Made by a program: the position numbers and the translations under genes. Below are positions 26,901 through 41,829 of a DNA stretch of 64,000 nucleotides, in pieces. The notes below the pieces were generated by a model. It was not told the origin of the DNA and did no database searches. It saw nothing but the letters and a program-made list of their open reading frames with translations. This stretch comes from Flaccisagitta enflata. Lineage: Eukaryota. How positions within the stretch are numbered: the first letter of the stretch is position 1; every line of letters begins with the position of its first letter. The stretch is taken from positions 12,400,001-12,464,000 of the forward strand of contig OZ231126.1 of the NCBI GenBank assembly GCA_965153355.1, in the 5' to 3' direction.

Positions 26901-27901
26901 TGCTGCTCTGCTTCTTGCTGTTCCTGAAGTTGTTGCTGCCGCTGCCGCTGCTGCTGCTCCTGCTGTTCGCGTTGTTGCTGCTGTTGCTGCTGCTGCTGCT
27001 CCAATCTTCGCTGTTGCTCTCGCAGATCAGCCTGAAGAGCTTCATCTCGTTTCCTTTGCTCTTGCAGCATCCATCCTGCTCTCTCTCTTTCTCTGCTTCT
27101 GTCGGCGTTGCGACGTCTTGATCTTTCCCTCGGCGTCAAACCGTCGGCCGGCTTTGATTTTGCCAACGTTGCCGCTTCGTCGAGATCATCCAAATCCGCA
27201 TCTTGTTGAGATTGCCCGCCTGGATTGACGGGTTCAATTTCGGAGATGTATCTCTCGACGTATTCATTTGCGTTTCTTGGAGGGAGAAGATGACCGTCAG
27301 GAGATTGGGCGCCATGGCGCGCCGGCGGTAGTCCCATGTATTCTGACAATCCCGGAAGTGGCGAGGACGTTCTCATCCGCGATGGAGGAGCGCCCGCGCC
27401 GTCGCGAGCCGATTCAGTCGGTATACTATTCCACGAAAACTGATGTACATTCCTCTTTCGTTGGCCGAAGTCGCCTTCACGCGCGTTGATGACGTCAGCA
27501 TGCGCCGGAAATCCCTCGCTATACGTTTCTCGGTCGAAGAACCTCATGGCGTCCCATTCACGTCTGATTCGACACAAACTCGACGCCGCGTAACGCAAGG
27601 GGTCGCTGGGCATCTCGTCGATTGCCATTTGACAAGCGAAAGCGATGTAATCGTAGACGTAGTCGCGTAGACCGTTTCTGGCGCTGTCTGAGTCCAGCGA
27701 CGCGTCTTCGTAATCGTTAGAGCCTTCTGTCGTCGCCAAAGCGGCGTCGAAGAGTTGACGACACTGATCCATTTCCTATGACAGTTCGCCCTTCATGACG
27801 CGGAGTTTTTCGGTTTTGAGACATTGGTTTAACCCAAAAAAGGACACCCGAGATGACGTAGACGCAGTTGAACGGTTATCGTCGTCGTTGAAAGCCGCCA
27901 T
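23938..27901 (-). pseudogene. gag: gag with long glutamine-rich N-terminal extension (about 1320 codons reconstructed)
   Basis: Probable start aaaATGG at 27901 (MAAFNDDD); in-frame TAG at 27776-27778; frameshift near 26400. C-terminal knuckles CNVCSGMHPTEEC, CFHCFTSGHSAKGC and CQTCKKQHATILH are typical of BEL/Pao Gag. Confidence 0.9.
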
Positions 27902-27957
27902 TTGACACAATATGCCCCGGGATGTCGGAAGAAATGTTCGAGAGGAGTCGAGTTTTA

Positions 27958-27970
27958 AAATTGTTGAAAT
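27958..27970 (-). other. Primer-binding-site position: non-tRNA, complementary to the element's own LTR
   Basis: Sense reads A|TTTCAACAATTT, and no TGG occurs until the gag start codon. Plus-strand 27960-27970 attgttgaaat is the exact reverse complement of 28114-28124 atttcaacaat. Confidence 0.7.
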
Positions 27971-28874
27971 ATATTCTCCCACGTGAATACTAGTTTCGAC
28001 TCTGGGTTAGCTTTGTTTGTAGAGATCTCTGACTGACTGACGATAGTAGACGCAAAGGAATTTGGGCGTAGATTGGAAAATGGCGTGACGATGGTCTCTT
28101 TGATGTGGTAAAAATTTCAACAATCTGAGATGGGGGAGAAAGTAAAAGGGGAAATTGGGCATGAATAAATGGTCAACCAATGCATGAAAGCAACATGAGA
28201 GATAGACATGGACAGAAACAGCCAATAACAACATGTACATCTTATGCAGAGGCCATGAAGCCAGATCCGTACACTGCCCCCGCCCTGCCCATCCCACTAA
28301 ATTCACCCATATCACCCAATATTTAGTTGACCGGACAGACGATAAAAACAGACGATAAAACGCCAAAAACAGACAATAAAACAATAAAAAACCATACGAC
28401 AAAAACAATGATAGAATACTAAAACGCTAAACCGATAAAACTTACTTTAGGCCCAATTTCCTTGGTTTCCAGCCAGCGTCGTGATTGTCAAATAAGTCAG
28501 GCGTCCGTACATAAGTCTGTGAAATAAAAGGATGAGAGACTTATGAAAGATGAGAAATTCCAAGGGCGCAAAACATAAAAATCAAGCAAAATATCAATCA
28601 TTCCATTAAGAAGCGATGCCATAATAACGATATCTATCCGAGATAAAAATGCGAAGCATAAAAAACACGACGATGAAAAATGTAGAAGAAGAAAATACAT
28701 GATAACATGTACTTCCAAGCGAATAAAAGAACATCAAAATCCATGCGCAACCATATGGTTCATGGTTAAATTAAATGGAAACAAAAGGCATCGAATTGGA
28801 CAAAAAGAGAGAAAAACGCATTCACGCGAAGAACATCATCATTCACTTACTTATAAATAGCACACATTTCCACA
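27970..28874 (-). repeat. 5' LTR (905 bp), sense TGTGGAAA...GGGAGAATATA
   Basis: By eye differs from the other LTR at about 10 substitutions plus one 4-bp indel (TCAG); lies upstream of the gag ATG at 27901. Confidence 0.95.
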
Positions 28875-29178
28875 TTGATTGATGATGAAGATGAGGATGA
28901 TGATGATTGATGATGGTGTTGGTCATGATAGTTGTGGTGATAATGAGGCTGAAAAGGAGGAGGAAAAGATGCAAGAGTTAATGGCGTTGGTATCAGTAAC
29001 CATCGATAGTGGTGGTGGAGCTAGAGTGTGTTGAATGTTGAAAAAAGCATTAATGAATGTCTCCTTTCATTAGGTTTCTCTCGTTCTCAATTCTTAATAC
29101 GCAAAAACATTTTGAGTTCTGCTAACTGGTGACATTTGATATTCTTTTTTTAAAGGATCTTCTTTTTTTATGAGAGAG

Positions 29179-29249
<71 letters not shown>

Positions 29250-29360
29250 CCATCAGTCCATAACGAGGTTAGCAATAATACACCAATCAATTACGCATCC
29301 ATAAATTCTGATGATAGATGAAAATTTTTCATTTTTTACAATTTTTCATCATTTAAACGA

Positions 29361-29500
29361 TTTTTAGTCGCGTGCACGCGACTCTACAACCCGCTCTGTC
29401 CGTCTGTCTGTCTGTCTGTTGGTCGGTCACACTTTGCTTTTTTCGCGGCCCCTGCCCACCCGCACGCGACTAAGCAAGCCGTGTATCCGGCCTTGTTTTT
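29361..29500 (+). mobile_element. HINE-like family A copy (short)
   Basis: Same termini and (gtct)n microsatellite as other family A copies. Confidence 0.75.
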
Positions 29501-29678
29501 ATTAGTATCGCCACGACGTCTACTACTTCTCTCTCTCCCCTTCTATCTCTGTCTATATTTGTCTGTCTGTCTTTCTGCCTTTCTGTCTGTCTGTCTGTCT
29601 GTCTTGTCATTCGGCATTTCTACCTTTCTGTCTGTCTGTATTTCAGTCTGTGTGTCTGTGTGTCTGTGTGTCTCTGGT

Positions 29679-29832
<154 letters not shown>

Positions 29833-31491
29833 GTGTCTGTGTGTGTCTGTGTGTGTGTTTGTTGTCTGTTTGTCTCTCAGTCATTCTGTCTGTCACTGTA
29901 CTTTATGATTCCAGATATCGAGACATTCCATCAGCCTTGCCAAGACGAGCCGTGCCGTGAGGGGCTATATCAGTTAGAACTTAGTAGCCATAAGTCTTGT
30001 TCAATGGTTATTTGAATATAGGAGAAATAATTGATAAATTGCTTTATGGTTGAAACATCGAGTAATGCAGTCAAAGCAAATTCAAAAATCTGTGAATTCG
30101 CTTTCGTTAGATTGGTTTGTATCTTTAAAAATGACCTTCAGAAGCCAGTACCTGTGTTGTAAGAGTGCCACCTCACAAAAAAAACCTCACTCGATTACGG
30201 ACAAGCCGCAATAGGCAATTCTACCCGAAGAAAAAGATCAAATTAGACTGCACCGTAGCCCGTGAGCAGTTGCGACTCATCAGTCATCAAGCGGTCGCCA
30301 GGAGAAAACTGATAGAGATCAATGACGAAACAAGCAAGCATTTCCACCGGTGGACATTCACTCAGAGACTCTTTCATGCCGATACACCAGATAGGTTCGG
30401 CATCATATAACAATCATTGCAGGGTTGGTATAACTTCTGTCCATACAAATCTTTATAAAAACAAACCTTTTCCTCCGTTTATACGCAAAAAATCTATCAT
30501 TTGTATCCTTGCACTTGGCTACATTTCTATCTTCGACAAATTAGACAGCGAAAAAATAACGACTGCATTAAGCATATTAAGTATTGGCGTTGTCTTTTCC
30601 CAATATCCACTGCTCTCCGCGTATTTGTATTGTCATATGATTTTATTCACCACAAATGCAGTCAAGACTGTAAGTGGGGTTGTTAGTGGGGCTGTTTGTG
30701 GGCTGATACAGTGTAAAGGATGTTAACTACTTGTAATTTCGTTCTCTTTTCCCGCGGGGGGGGGGGGGGGACAAAAGGGGGAGGAAAGGAAACGGGAAAC
30801 AAATAATTGACAACAATGACAGAAACAAGTATTAAATCATGTGAAAAAAGGGTGTAAGAAAACGAAAAGGGTCGTTAAGAAAGAAGGAAGCTATTGATCA
30901 TTACATCAATTTCAAAGAAAAAAAATCCAACACCGAGGCGGTTTATTTTTTTGGTCAATGATTGTCTCCGCCGCGAAAAAAGATTTTCCGACTCTCATTA
31001 ACCAATTTCTCAAATGTCAACAAATACTCAGGAAAACGTTTTTCATTGGAAGTGGGATGAAAAGCACTGAATTGAGTCATAAGGGCCATTAAAGATGAAA
31101 GAGTGTTATATTAAATGATGTGGATTGCAAGAGACCTGAATTGAGTCAGGAAGGATACTTGGAAAATGAACTGAGTCGTACCTAGACTAAATTGAGTCGT
31201 TTAGATTCTGTTTTATCGAAAACTAGGAGTGGTGGATTCACAAGGCCCATTTATTTCAGATTGGGTATAGTGAAGGATATTATTTCGCTCATCATACATG
31301 TACATCTAAATACATATGGACGAAGAAAAGACATTTAGGCTTATGTGGATCAAAATAGATCATGATGGATGCAATAAGAAATGAGTAATATGAAATGGCA
31401 TGACAATGACATGTATGACAATATATTTGTATAAGCAATATGGGAGGGAAAAGGACTAAGGATGAGTTGTTCAAGAGCGAGCTTGAAGGTA

Positions 31492-31703
31492 TAACAAGGC
31501 CGGATACACTTCAATCGAATTCGGTTGCGGGTGGGCAGGGACAGTGATCCCCTTTCACTGACTGATGCAACTGGACCTAAGCAGTAATGCAAAATACGCC
31601 TAACAACGCTCGATGTAAAAGCTGAAGCAGACCGACCGACTGTTGGACTGGAGACTGACCGACAAACTTAGTGGGTTATAGAGTCGCGCGCACGCGACAA
31701 ATA
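31492..31703 (-). mobile_element. HINE-like family A copy (diverged)
   Basis: aacaaggccggatacac ... agagtcgcgcgcacgcgac. Confidence 0.65.
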
Positions 31704-32113
31704 AATGGACTTTCAAAGTAGCAATTTGAACTTGTTGAGTCATATGATCCTTGAGACTAATGGAATGAATAGATATAAAATCATGTTGATAATGTTGAGT
31801 CATTTACCACGAAAAAAGCATTTACTTTGTACAACCTTTATTCTTTTTTGACTAATCATTATCTAGCTCATAGCTCAGTTAGGTCACTTAAATGTTGGTG
31901 TGGAAAAGGAATATTTGTCCCAAGAAGCTGATAAATCGGCTCTCCCAATATTTCCCCCTTCTCTCGAGTTGCAAAAGAGTCATAATTAACAGTTTGTGTT
32001 TGGACAAAATTGAATTAGTGCTCAACAGATGTGATGAATACTAAGTAGAAAATGTTATTATAAGTGAATGACATAAGGTTTCGGTTTTCAAAGGAGTTAA
32101 ACTGTTTGTCTGG

Positions 32114-32227
<114 letters not shown>

Positions 32228-33800
32228 AATTGGTTCTCGCACATGTCATGTGCAGCTATTAACTTTATTCAATTATTTCCAGCAACACTTTATGATCTAT
32301 TTAATGTATCTTTTTGAGAATATTCATTGGGTTAAAGGGAGGCCTAAACTTTGCCAAATATAGCCGCAAAAAATGCGCCAACACCCAAGATAAAAAAGTG
32401 AAATGTAGGCATAGATAAGAAGAAAAAAGAAAAAGAAAAAAAAACTCAGACGGAAGTAGACAAATATTAAGACAAAAAAAAAAAAAAGAAAAAAAAAAAA
32501 AAGAAAACAAGAAAGGATAAAAAAAGAGAAAGAAAGGAAGAATGATAAAAAGATAGAGAGAAAGACAGAAAGAAAAAACTAAAGAAAAAGGAAGAGAAAG
32601 CAGGGAGTCAGTACTAAAGGTGAGAATAATGGATAGACGTAGAATTCGACGAATCAACAACGGCAAAAGCGAAAGAGAGACAAGAAGCTTAAACACCCAT
32701 GGATACAAAACAAGAAAAGGATTTATAGAAAAAAGATAAACAAAGAGAGTGAATGAAAACTAGCCAAAAGAAAGCAGAAACCAACGAGTCATTGGCAATG
32801 ACAAAGGGGAAAAATGGCTGTTAATTGTTGTGGGTTGATTACCGCATTTCTCCTATTTAGCGCAAAAAAAAAGACAATAAAAAAATCGACATGTTTAAGA
32901 TTAATGATATTTTTTTTTCTTGCTTGAGCATATATTTTCTCTTTCTTTCTTACTTCCTCTTTGATTTTCTTTATTTTCCTGAAAAATGATGAGATCAATA
33001 GTACTTAAAGGGGCGCTAACTAGGGGTAAAAATGGCAATGTCAGTAAGTAATTTCAAAAGCGCCCGGGGCGCTAATTGGGAGAAACTAATAGTTGAAAAT
33101 GTCCATGTGGGTGCGCAATATGCAAACCTTGTTAGCGTACCACCCTCGGTTAACGGTGGAAATACAATGGAGAACTCCACAAATGCGGTTGTCAATTTCT
33201 GGTCTTAGAGTCAAATGAGAATTCCATGAACACAATTTTAGTTTCCCTTCACAACATCAAAAATAGCCATTCAGAACAACTGTAAATTTATGAACTCACC
33301 AGCAGACCGACCGACCAATGTAATGACCAATTACTGAAAAAAATATCCTCCTAAAAAGTTGTAAAAATGATATTCAGAGCAATATTGGGTTTCGCATTGC
33401 GTCTTGTTATGTTATGAAATGCTAGATTTCTGGAAGCGATAGAAACTTACAGACACAAGCATTTCATGAGGTTTTGCCTTTAAAAAAGCTGCCATAGATA
33501 AATTCTGCTTAAAGAAGGAACTTCTAACTAAAAAACTACCAAATAAGATAAAAACACTACTGCATAGATGGAGTTTTTGCCATACTTTATTCTATTTCTA
33601 ACAAAAAGCCAAATTAAGGAGCGTGGTACAAGTGGTGACTTTGGGGAAGGAAATTTAGCCACAGACCAGGGCCATGTCTAATCTGCTGTAAAAAGCAAAG
33701 AAAAGATAATGAAAGAAAAGGAAAAAAAGAAATGAAAAGATAAAAGAAAGTAAAAGAAAGAAAGAAAAAAGAATGAAAGAAAGAAAGAAAGAAAGAAAGC

Positions 33801-33852
<52 letters not shown>

Positions 33853-33965
33853 AAAAAAGAAAGAGAAAAAGAAAGCAAGAAAGCAAGAAAGCCACCAAGC
33901 AAGCAAGCAAGCAAGCAAGAAAGAAAGAAAGAAAGAAAGAAAGCAAGAAAGAAAGAAAGAAAGAA

Positions 33966-34000
<35 letters not shown>

Positions 34001-34106
34001 AAGGAAGAAAGAAAAAGAAAAGAAAGAAAGAAGAAAGAAAGAAAGAAAGAAAGAAAAGAAAGAAAGAAAGAAAGAAAGAAAGAAGAAAAGAAGGAAGAAA
34101 ATGAAA

Positions 34107-34157
<51 letters not shown>

Positions 34158-34403
34158 GAAAAAAGAAGGAAAGGAAGAAGAGAAAGAAAGAAGAAAGAAA
34201 GAAGAAAGAAAGAAAGAAGAAAGAAAAAGAAAAGAAAGAAAGAAAGAAAGAATGAGAGAGAGAAAATAAAAATTTAAAAAAAAAAAGAGTTTTAAAAGGC
34301 GAGCATTTCCCACTATTTTGTTTTATTGGTGTATGTGATGGATTACGCTAATTTCATTACGTCTCTTATCAATATCGCGTGGATAGATCTCAAAGGCAGA
34401 AAG

Positions 34404-34577
34404 AAACAAGGCTGGATACACGGCTACCTTAGCTGCGTGCAGGTGGGCAGGGGCGGCGAAGAAAGCAAAGTGTGACCGAAACACCGACAGACCGACAGAC
34501 CAACCGACTGACAGACCGACCGACCGACAGACCGACAGAGCGAGTTGTAGAGTCGCGTGCATGCGACCAAAAAAAAG
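34404..34577 (-). mobile_element. HINE-like family A copy
   Basis: aacaaggctggatacacggc ... (gacc/gaca)n ... agagtcgcgtgcatgcgacc. Confidence 0.7.
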
Positions 34578-34954
34578 CCCAAAAGAAAATGAGGGTGAAA
34601 ATTTGTTGGGATACCGTAAACTCTTTTCTATATTGCCGGACTGATAAAGTCTTGATGAAACCTTTTGGATACAATACAAACAAATCTAGATGACCTACCA
34701 CCTAAATCATATATTTGTCACATTGCCCCTCTTGAATTAGTCATACAAAAATAATTTTGATCAATGGAATTGATAAGGCCACTGAAAAATTATATTGAGG
34801 TTGTAATTTTCTTCCCAATTACCATTGAGATTCAGTTTTATGAAGGTGACAAACTTTTTATCTATTTTTTTTAGGGACAATGATACGGCAAATTGCATAA
34901 GTGATGGATACATGGACCAACTGATGGACTAACAGATCAACAGCTAAATCAACC

Positions 34955-37042
<2,088 letters not shown>

Positions 37043-37073
37043 ATGTGTGTGTGTTTGTGTGTGTTTGTGTGTG

Positions 37074-37157
<84 letters not shown>

Positions 37158-37204
37158 TGTGTGTATATGTTTGTACATGTGTGTGTGTGTGTATAGCTAG
37201 TACA

Positions 37205-37298
<94 letters not shown>

Positions 37299-37733
37299 GG
37301 ATAGGGCTTGGTTAGAACAGGAAGGGGGTTGGGAGACTTTATTTCATCACGTTCGCTGTCAAAAAAGAAGGGGGGGGGTTGCTCGACTTGATAATAATAA
37401 CAATTGCTGCCAAAACAAAACGGTTTGAGTGTGTTAGTGAGTACATGAGTGTGGCAATGTGTGGGTAGGGGATGGGGATGGGGTGAAAAGAGATGGAGGT
37501 GGTGATGGGGCACTCGAAATCACTGCCTCTGCTTAAAGAGATGGAAGAAGAGAAAGAAGAAGAAACAGGAAAGGGGGGGGGGAGGAATGCTCGACTCAAT
37601 CACGGCTGGAGCCAAACTTTTGACAATTCAATTAGTCGAAGCCAAAGGCAAAAACCTTGAAGCTCCCAGCGTCCCATCTATGTCTGCATATGCCTTCACG
37701 TGACTTGAAAGAGAAGAAACGGGGAACGGAAGT

Positions 37734-37792
<59 letters not shown>

Positions 37793-37804
37793 AGGAGCTA
37801 GGGC

Positions 37805-37860
<56 letters not shown>

Positions 37861-37934
37861 TGACAGACGGGTGAAAGCGAAAAGAAAGAGAAAGAAAAGA
37901 AAGAAAAGAGAGAGAGAGAGAGAGCGCTCGCACA

Positions 37935-38010
<76 letters not shown>

Positions 38011-38456
38011 CGGCCGGAGCCGACCAGCAAAGAGAGAGAGAGAGAGAGAGAAGGAGAGAGCGAGAAATAAGCTTGAAAAGACAGTCATTTTTCATTCAAG
38101 AGACAAAGACGCTTTGGCAAAAACAAATGAAAACATACCTACTAACAAATCAACAGCGGCAAACAGTGAAGAAGGAATCATAGAAGAGATAACCGTGAAG
38201 ATGGAGATGAAGACATGGTGGATGTTCAAATGCAGCCAGAGAAGATAATTTTGATTAACAGAAAACGAAAACAATAACCAAAGATTAAAAAAAAAAACCA
38301 AACCAAACAAACAAAAAAAAAAAAAAAAAGAAAAAGAAAAGAAAAGAAAAGAAGAGAAGAGAAAAAAACTGCTGAAAATGAAGGATTTTTACCATTTTTT
38401 TCAAAACAGAAGAATATGAGAAACCATGGACATCTACCATGTTTGAAAAGTTATTT

Positions 38457-38633
38457 AACAAGGCCGGATGCATGGCCAATACCAGTTGCGGACAGTAGGC
38501 AGGGGCGGAAATGCGCGTTTTCAACTTGCACTAAACTCGTGTTCACGGACCAACCACCGACCGACCAACCGACGGACAGACGGACGGACACAGACCAAAG
38601 CCTCTTATAGAGTTGCGTGTCCGCAACTAAAAA
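38457..38633 (-). mobile_element. HINE-like family A-related copy
   Basis: aacaaggccggatgcatggcc ... agagttgcgtgtccgcaactaaaa. Confidence 0.65.
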
Positions 38634-38934
38634 CAGAAGAATATGAGAAACTAAACAAAGTCAAAGAGTCCGAGACAGAGTCAGAGTCAGAGACAGAGAC
38701 AGAGTCAGAGAGAAAGAGAGAATAAAGAGACGTGTTTTGACATCTTTGGTTTGGGGAATTGAAAGACATTGGACGGATGTAAGAAGGATCGGCAACTACT
38801 TTTCCGGACTTCTGCTTCTTTCATCATTGCCTCTTCTCTTTACCCCTTCCTCTTCTTGGCTTATTTTTTTTCCTCACCCTTGTCTTTCTTTCTTTCATTC
38901 GTCCTTTCTTTCTTTCTTTCTTTCTTTCTTTTTT

Positions 38935-39010
<76 letters not shown>

Positions 39011-39070
39011 TCACTCATTCATTCATTCATTCATTCATTCATTCATTCATTCATTCATTCATCCATTCAT

Positions 39071-39125
<55 letters not shown>

Positions 39126-39505
39126 CTCTCTCTCTCTTTCTTTCTTCCTTTCTTTCTCTTTCTAGCTTTCTTTTGTTCTTTAGGTTATAACTATCATTCT
39201 TTTTATTTGTTTTTTTTTTACCTTTTCTTCTTCTTTTTTTATGCTCCTCATCTCGTCTTCTTCTTCTTGTCTTCTTAGCCTTGCCCAATTCTTAATTTTT
39301 TACTCTTGAATTTTGATTCTTAGATTTTGCCTCCTATTTCACTTCCTCTTCCGCTCTCTAGCGCCCGTATCTTTGCCTTGTAACAAAACAGGTTCTCGCC
39401 ATTGTTGTTGTTTATCTCTTTACTTCTTGTTTTTATTTTTCTTTTTCTTCTTCTTGACTCAACTTCTTCTGCTTCTTTCTTTTTTCTTCTTCTTCTTCTT
39501 CTTCT

Positions 39506-39540
<35 letters not shown>

Positions 39541-39667
39541 TTCTTCTTTTTCTTTTTCTTTTTCTTTTTCTTTTTCTTTTTCTTTTTCTTTTTCTTTTTC
39601 TTCTTCTCCTTCTTCTTCTTCTTCTTCTTCTTCTTCTTCTTCTTCTTCTTCTTCTTCTTCTTCTTCT

Positions 39668-39700
<33 letters not shown>

Positions 39701-40625
39701 CAATTCACCACACTTCTTCACCTGTTTGTATCTTGTTTGTCCTTAATTTTGGATATCTAAATTCTTACACTCTACCAAGCTCTACCAAGTTCTACCAAGC
39801 TCTACCAAGCTCTACCCAATTTCTACGCTTTCCTCTTTACCAAGCTCTCCCCCCCCCCCACTCCCTCCCCCCTCCCACCGTACAGAAATTGCAACAATAT
39901 TTCAGATTTCTGTCAAATCAGCTCTCTTAGGTGGGAAATCGAACTAAAGTTGTAAAACCAACTAACATATGGGAAGAGATAGAATTACGGACACATGAAA
40001 TTCAACAAAAAAAGTATGAAAAAATACATATTCTGTCTATTTCTATCTAATTCTGTCTTCACCTTCCTCTACTTCATGTTTTTGACCTTGAGCAAGCAGT
40101 GACTTTCTGACGATGACAGCTTCGGTCTCCCAAGAGAAAAACCAAAGCAAGAACAATTTCACATCTTTTACTCACACAACTTTTTTTACCTCCATGCGGA
40201 ATTCTATATATAAAACCCCTTTTCCATCCACCCATCATCCTATCCCTTTTTCTTCTTCCACTTTTTTTCTTATTCTTCTTTTTCTGCTTTTTCTGCTTTT
40301 TCTGCTTCTTCCTCTTCTTCTTTTTCTTTTTCTTTTTCTTTTTCTTTTTCTTTTTCTTTTTCTTTTTCTTTTTCTTTTTCTTTTTCTTTTTCTTATTCAT
40401 CCTCTTTTTCTTTTTCTTTTTCTTTTTCTTTTTGTGTTTGTATCTCTAGATCTTTTTATTTTTTCTCTCTCTTCCTTGGTTTCTCTTTCTTCTTGTCTTC
40501 TTTTTCTTCATCATCTTCTTCTTTTCTTCCTTTTCCTATCCTTATTCCGTTTCTTTTTCTTTTTCTTCCTCCTCTTTTTTTCTGCAGCATGAACCTTATC
40601 ATCTGTCTGTCTGTTTGACTGCCTC

Positions 40626-40766
<141 letters not shown>

Positions 40767-41138
40767 GCCGCGTCTTGCCAATAAAGGGAGTGTTTAGCAG
40801 CATGAGAAGGAAAAAAAAAAAAGAATCTGTTGAAGAAAGATCGTCCTGAGAGATGGTTGGGGAGTTTCCAGAGAAACATGTTTATGAATTCTTTATTTCT
40901 TTCGCGATCCTCTCTCAGTCCGTGACAACCGAATGATGACAACACACAAAATAGGAAATAGAGATGGAGAAGGCGAGACAACGGAGAAGATGAAGATAAG
41001 TTGAGAAGGGAAGTTACTTGGCTATTGTAGTACACCTTCAGTAACACAGATAAAGACAGACAGATATTTACAGACAAGTGGCAGATATGTCATAAATCTC
41101 ATATTGTATGTCATATATATGAAAGTTGGTCAACATTA

Positions 41139-41829
41139 CTACTCAACCCCACTTTACTGAAGATGAGAGCCTTTGGAGCTCTCAATGGTGTTTAATCCGG
41201 ACCCATCACTAAGGTGGTCACGAAATAGGGTCAAATTTCAAAAATTGATATACTCTAGTTTTTTGCATAAATGTACCAAAAAAGAAGGTTTTCCCACAAG
41301 TAGAGGTCTGAATTTGAAGATTAAACCATGGTGGCAAAACTATAGGCTTCCTATGGCAATATAAAATTCCTCATAGCAAGCCTATGGTTTTCCAACAAGA
41401 TTTCTTGTTTGATTTCAAACCCCAACTTGTGAGAAATCCTTCTTTTTTTAGATATTTGTGCAAAGGGCTCAAGTATATCAATATATGAAATTTGACCCAA
41501 TTCCGGACCACCCTACCCATCACAATTATCCTTAAAAGTCAACATATATATATATATATATCATATATATCTTTTACGTCTCCATCGAGAGTTGAAATGG
41601 TTCAAACCTATCAGTGTTTTTTTTTTTTGTGATCTGCACATCTTAAGTTTAGACAGGAATCGGTAACCTTCTCTAAATGATGCATAATTTCTGAGATGTC
41701 TTATGATAAATTGGGAAAAGGGAAGTTTCTTTCATAAATTCTAAGGATCATTGTGATGGGTCCGGTTTTAAGATTTAAACACCATTGAGAGCTCCAAAAG
41801 CTCTTGTCCTGAACTAAATGTGGAGTAGT
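41139..41829. mobile_element. Older MITE with ~90-bp imperfect TIRs, host of the hAT MITE
   Basis: ttggagctctcaatggtgttt..ccggacccatcac at the left recurs inverted at about 41750-41800. Confidence 0.6.
41210..41515. mobile_element. hAT-type MITE (306 bp) with 8-bp TSD
   Basis: TIRs taaggtggtc..gggtcaaatttca / tgaaatttgaccc..gaccacccta; cccatcac at 41202-41209 and 41516-41523. Confidence 0.8.

Larger units (their letters stand above)
14789..28874 (-). mobile_element. Full-length BEL/Pao (Belpaoviridae) LTR retrotransposon, ~14.1 kb, coding-defective
   Basis: Two direct LTRs (14789-15697, 27970-28874); TTGAT flanks both ends (14784-14788, 28875-28879); PPT abuts the 3' LTR. Minus-strand domain order is Gag (three Cys/His knuckles)-protease-RT-RNase H-integrase, with BEL-type motifs (YLPLH..K.RV..DA, YVDD, NPADxxSRG, FTC..SRAVHVE). 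Confidence 0.97.

Noticed and set aside
26179-27228. Plus-strand hydrophobic ORFs (349 aa, 236 aa) as membrane or env proteins
   Set aside because: Antisense shadows of CAG/CAA-rich gag codons.
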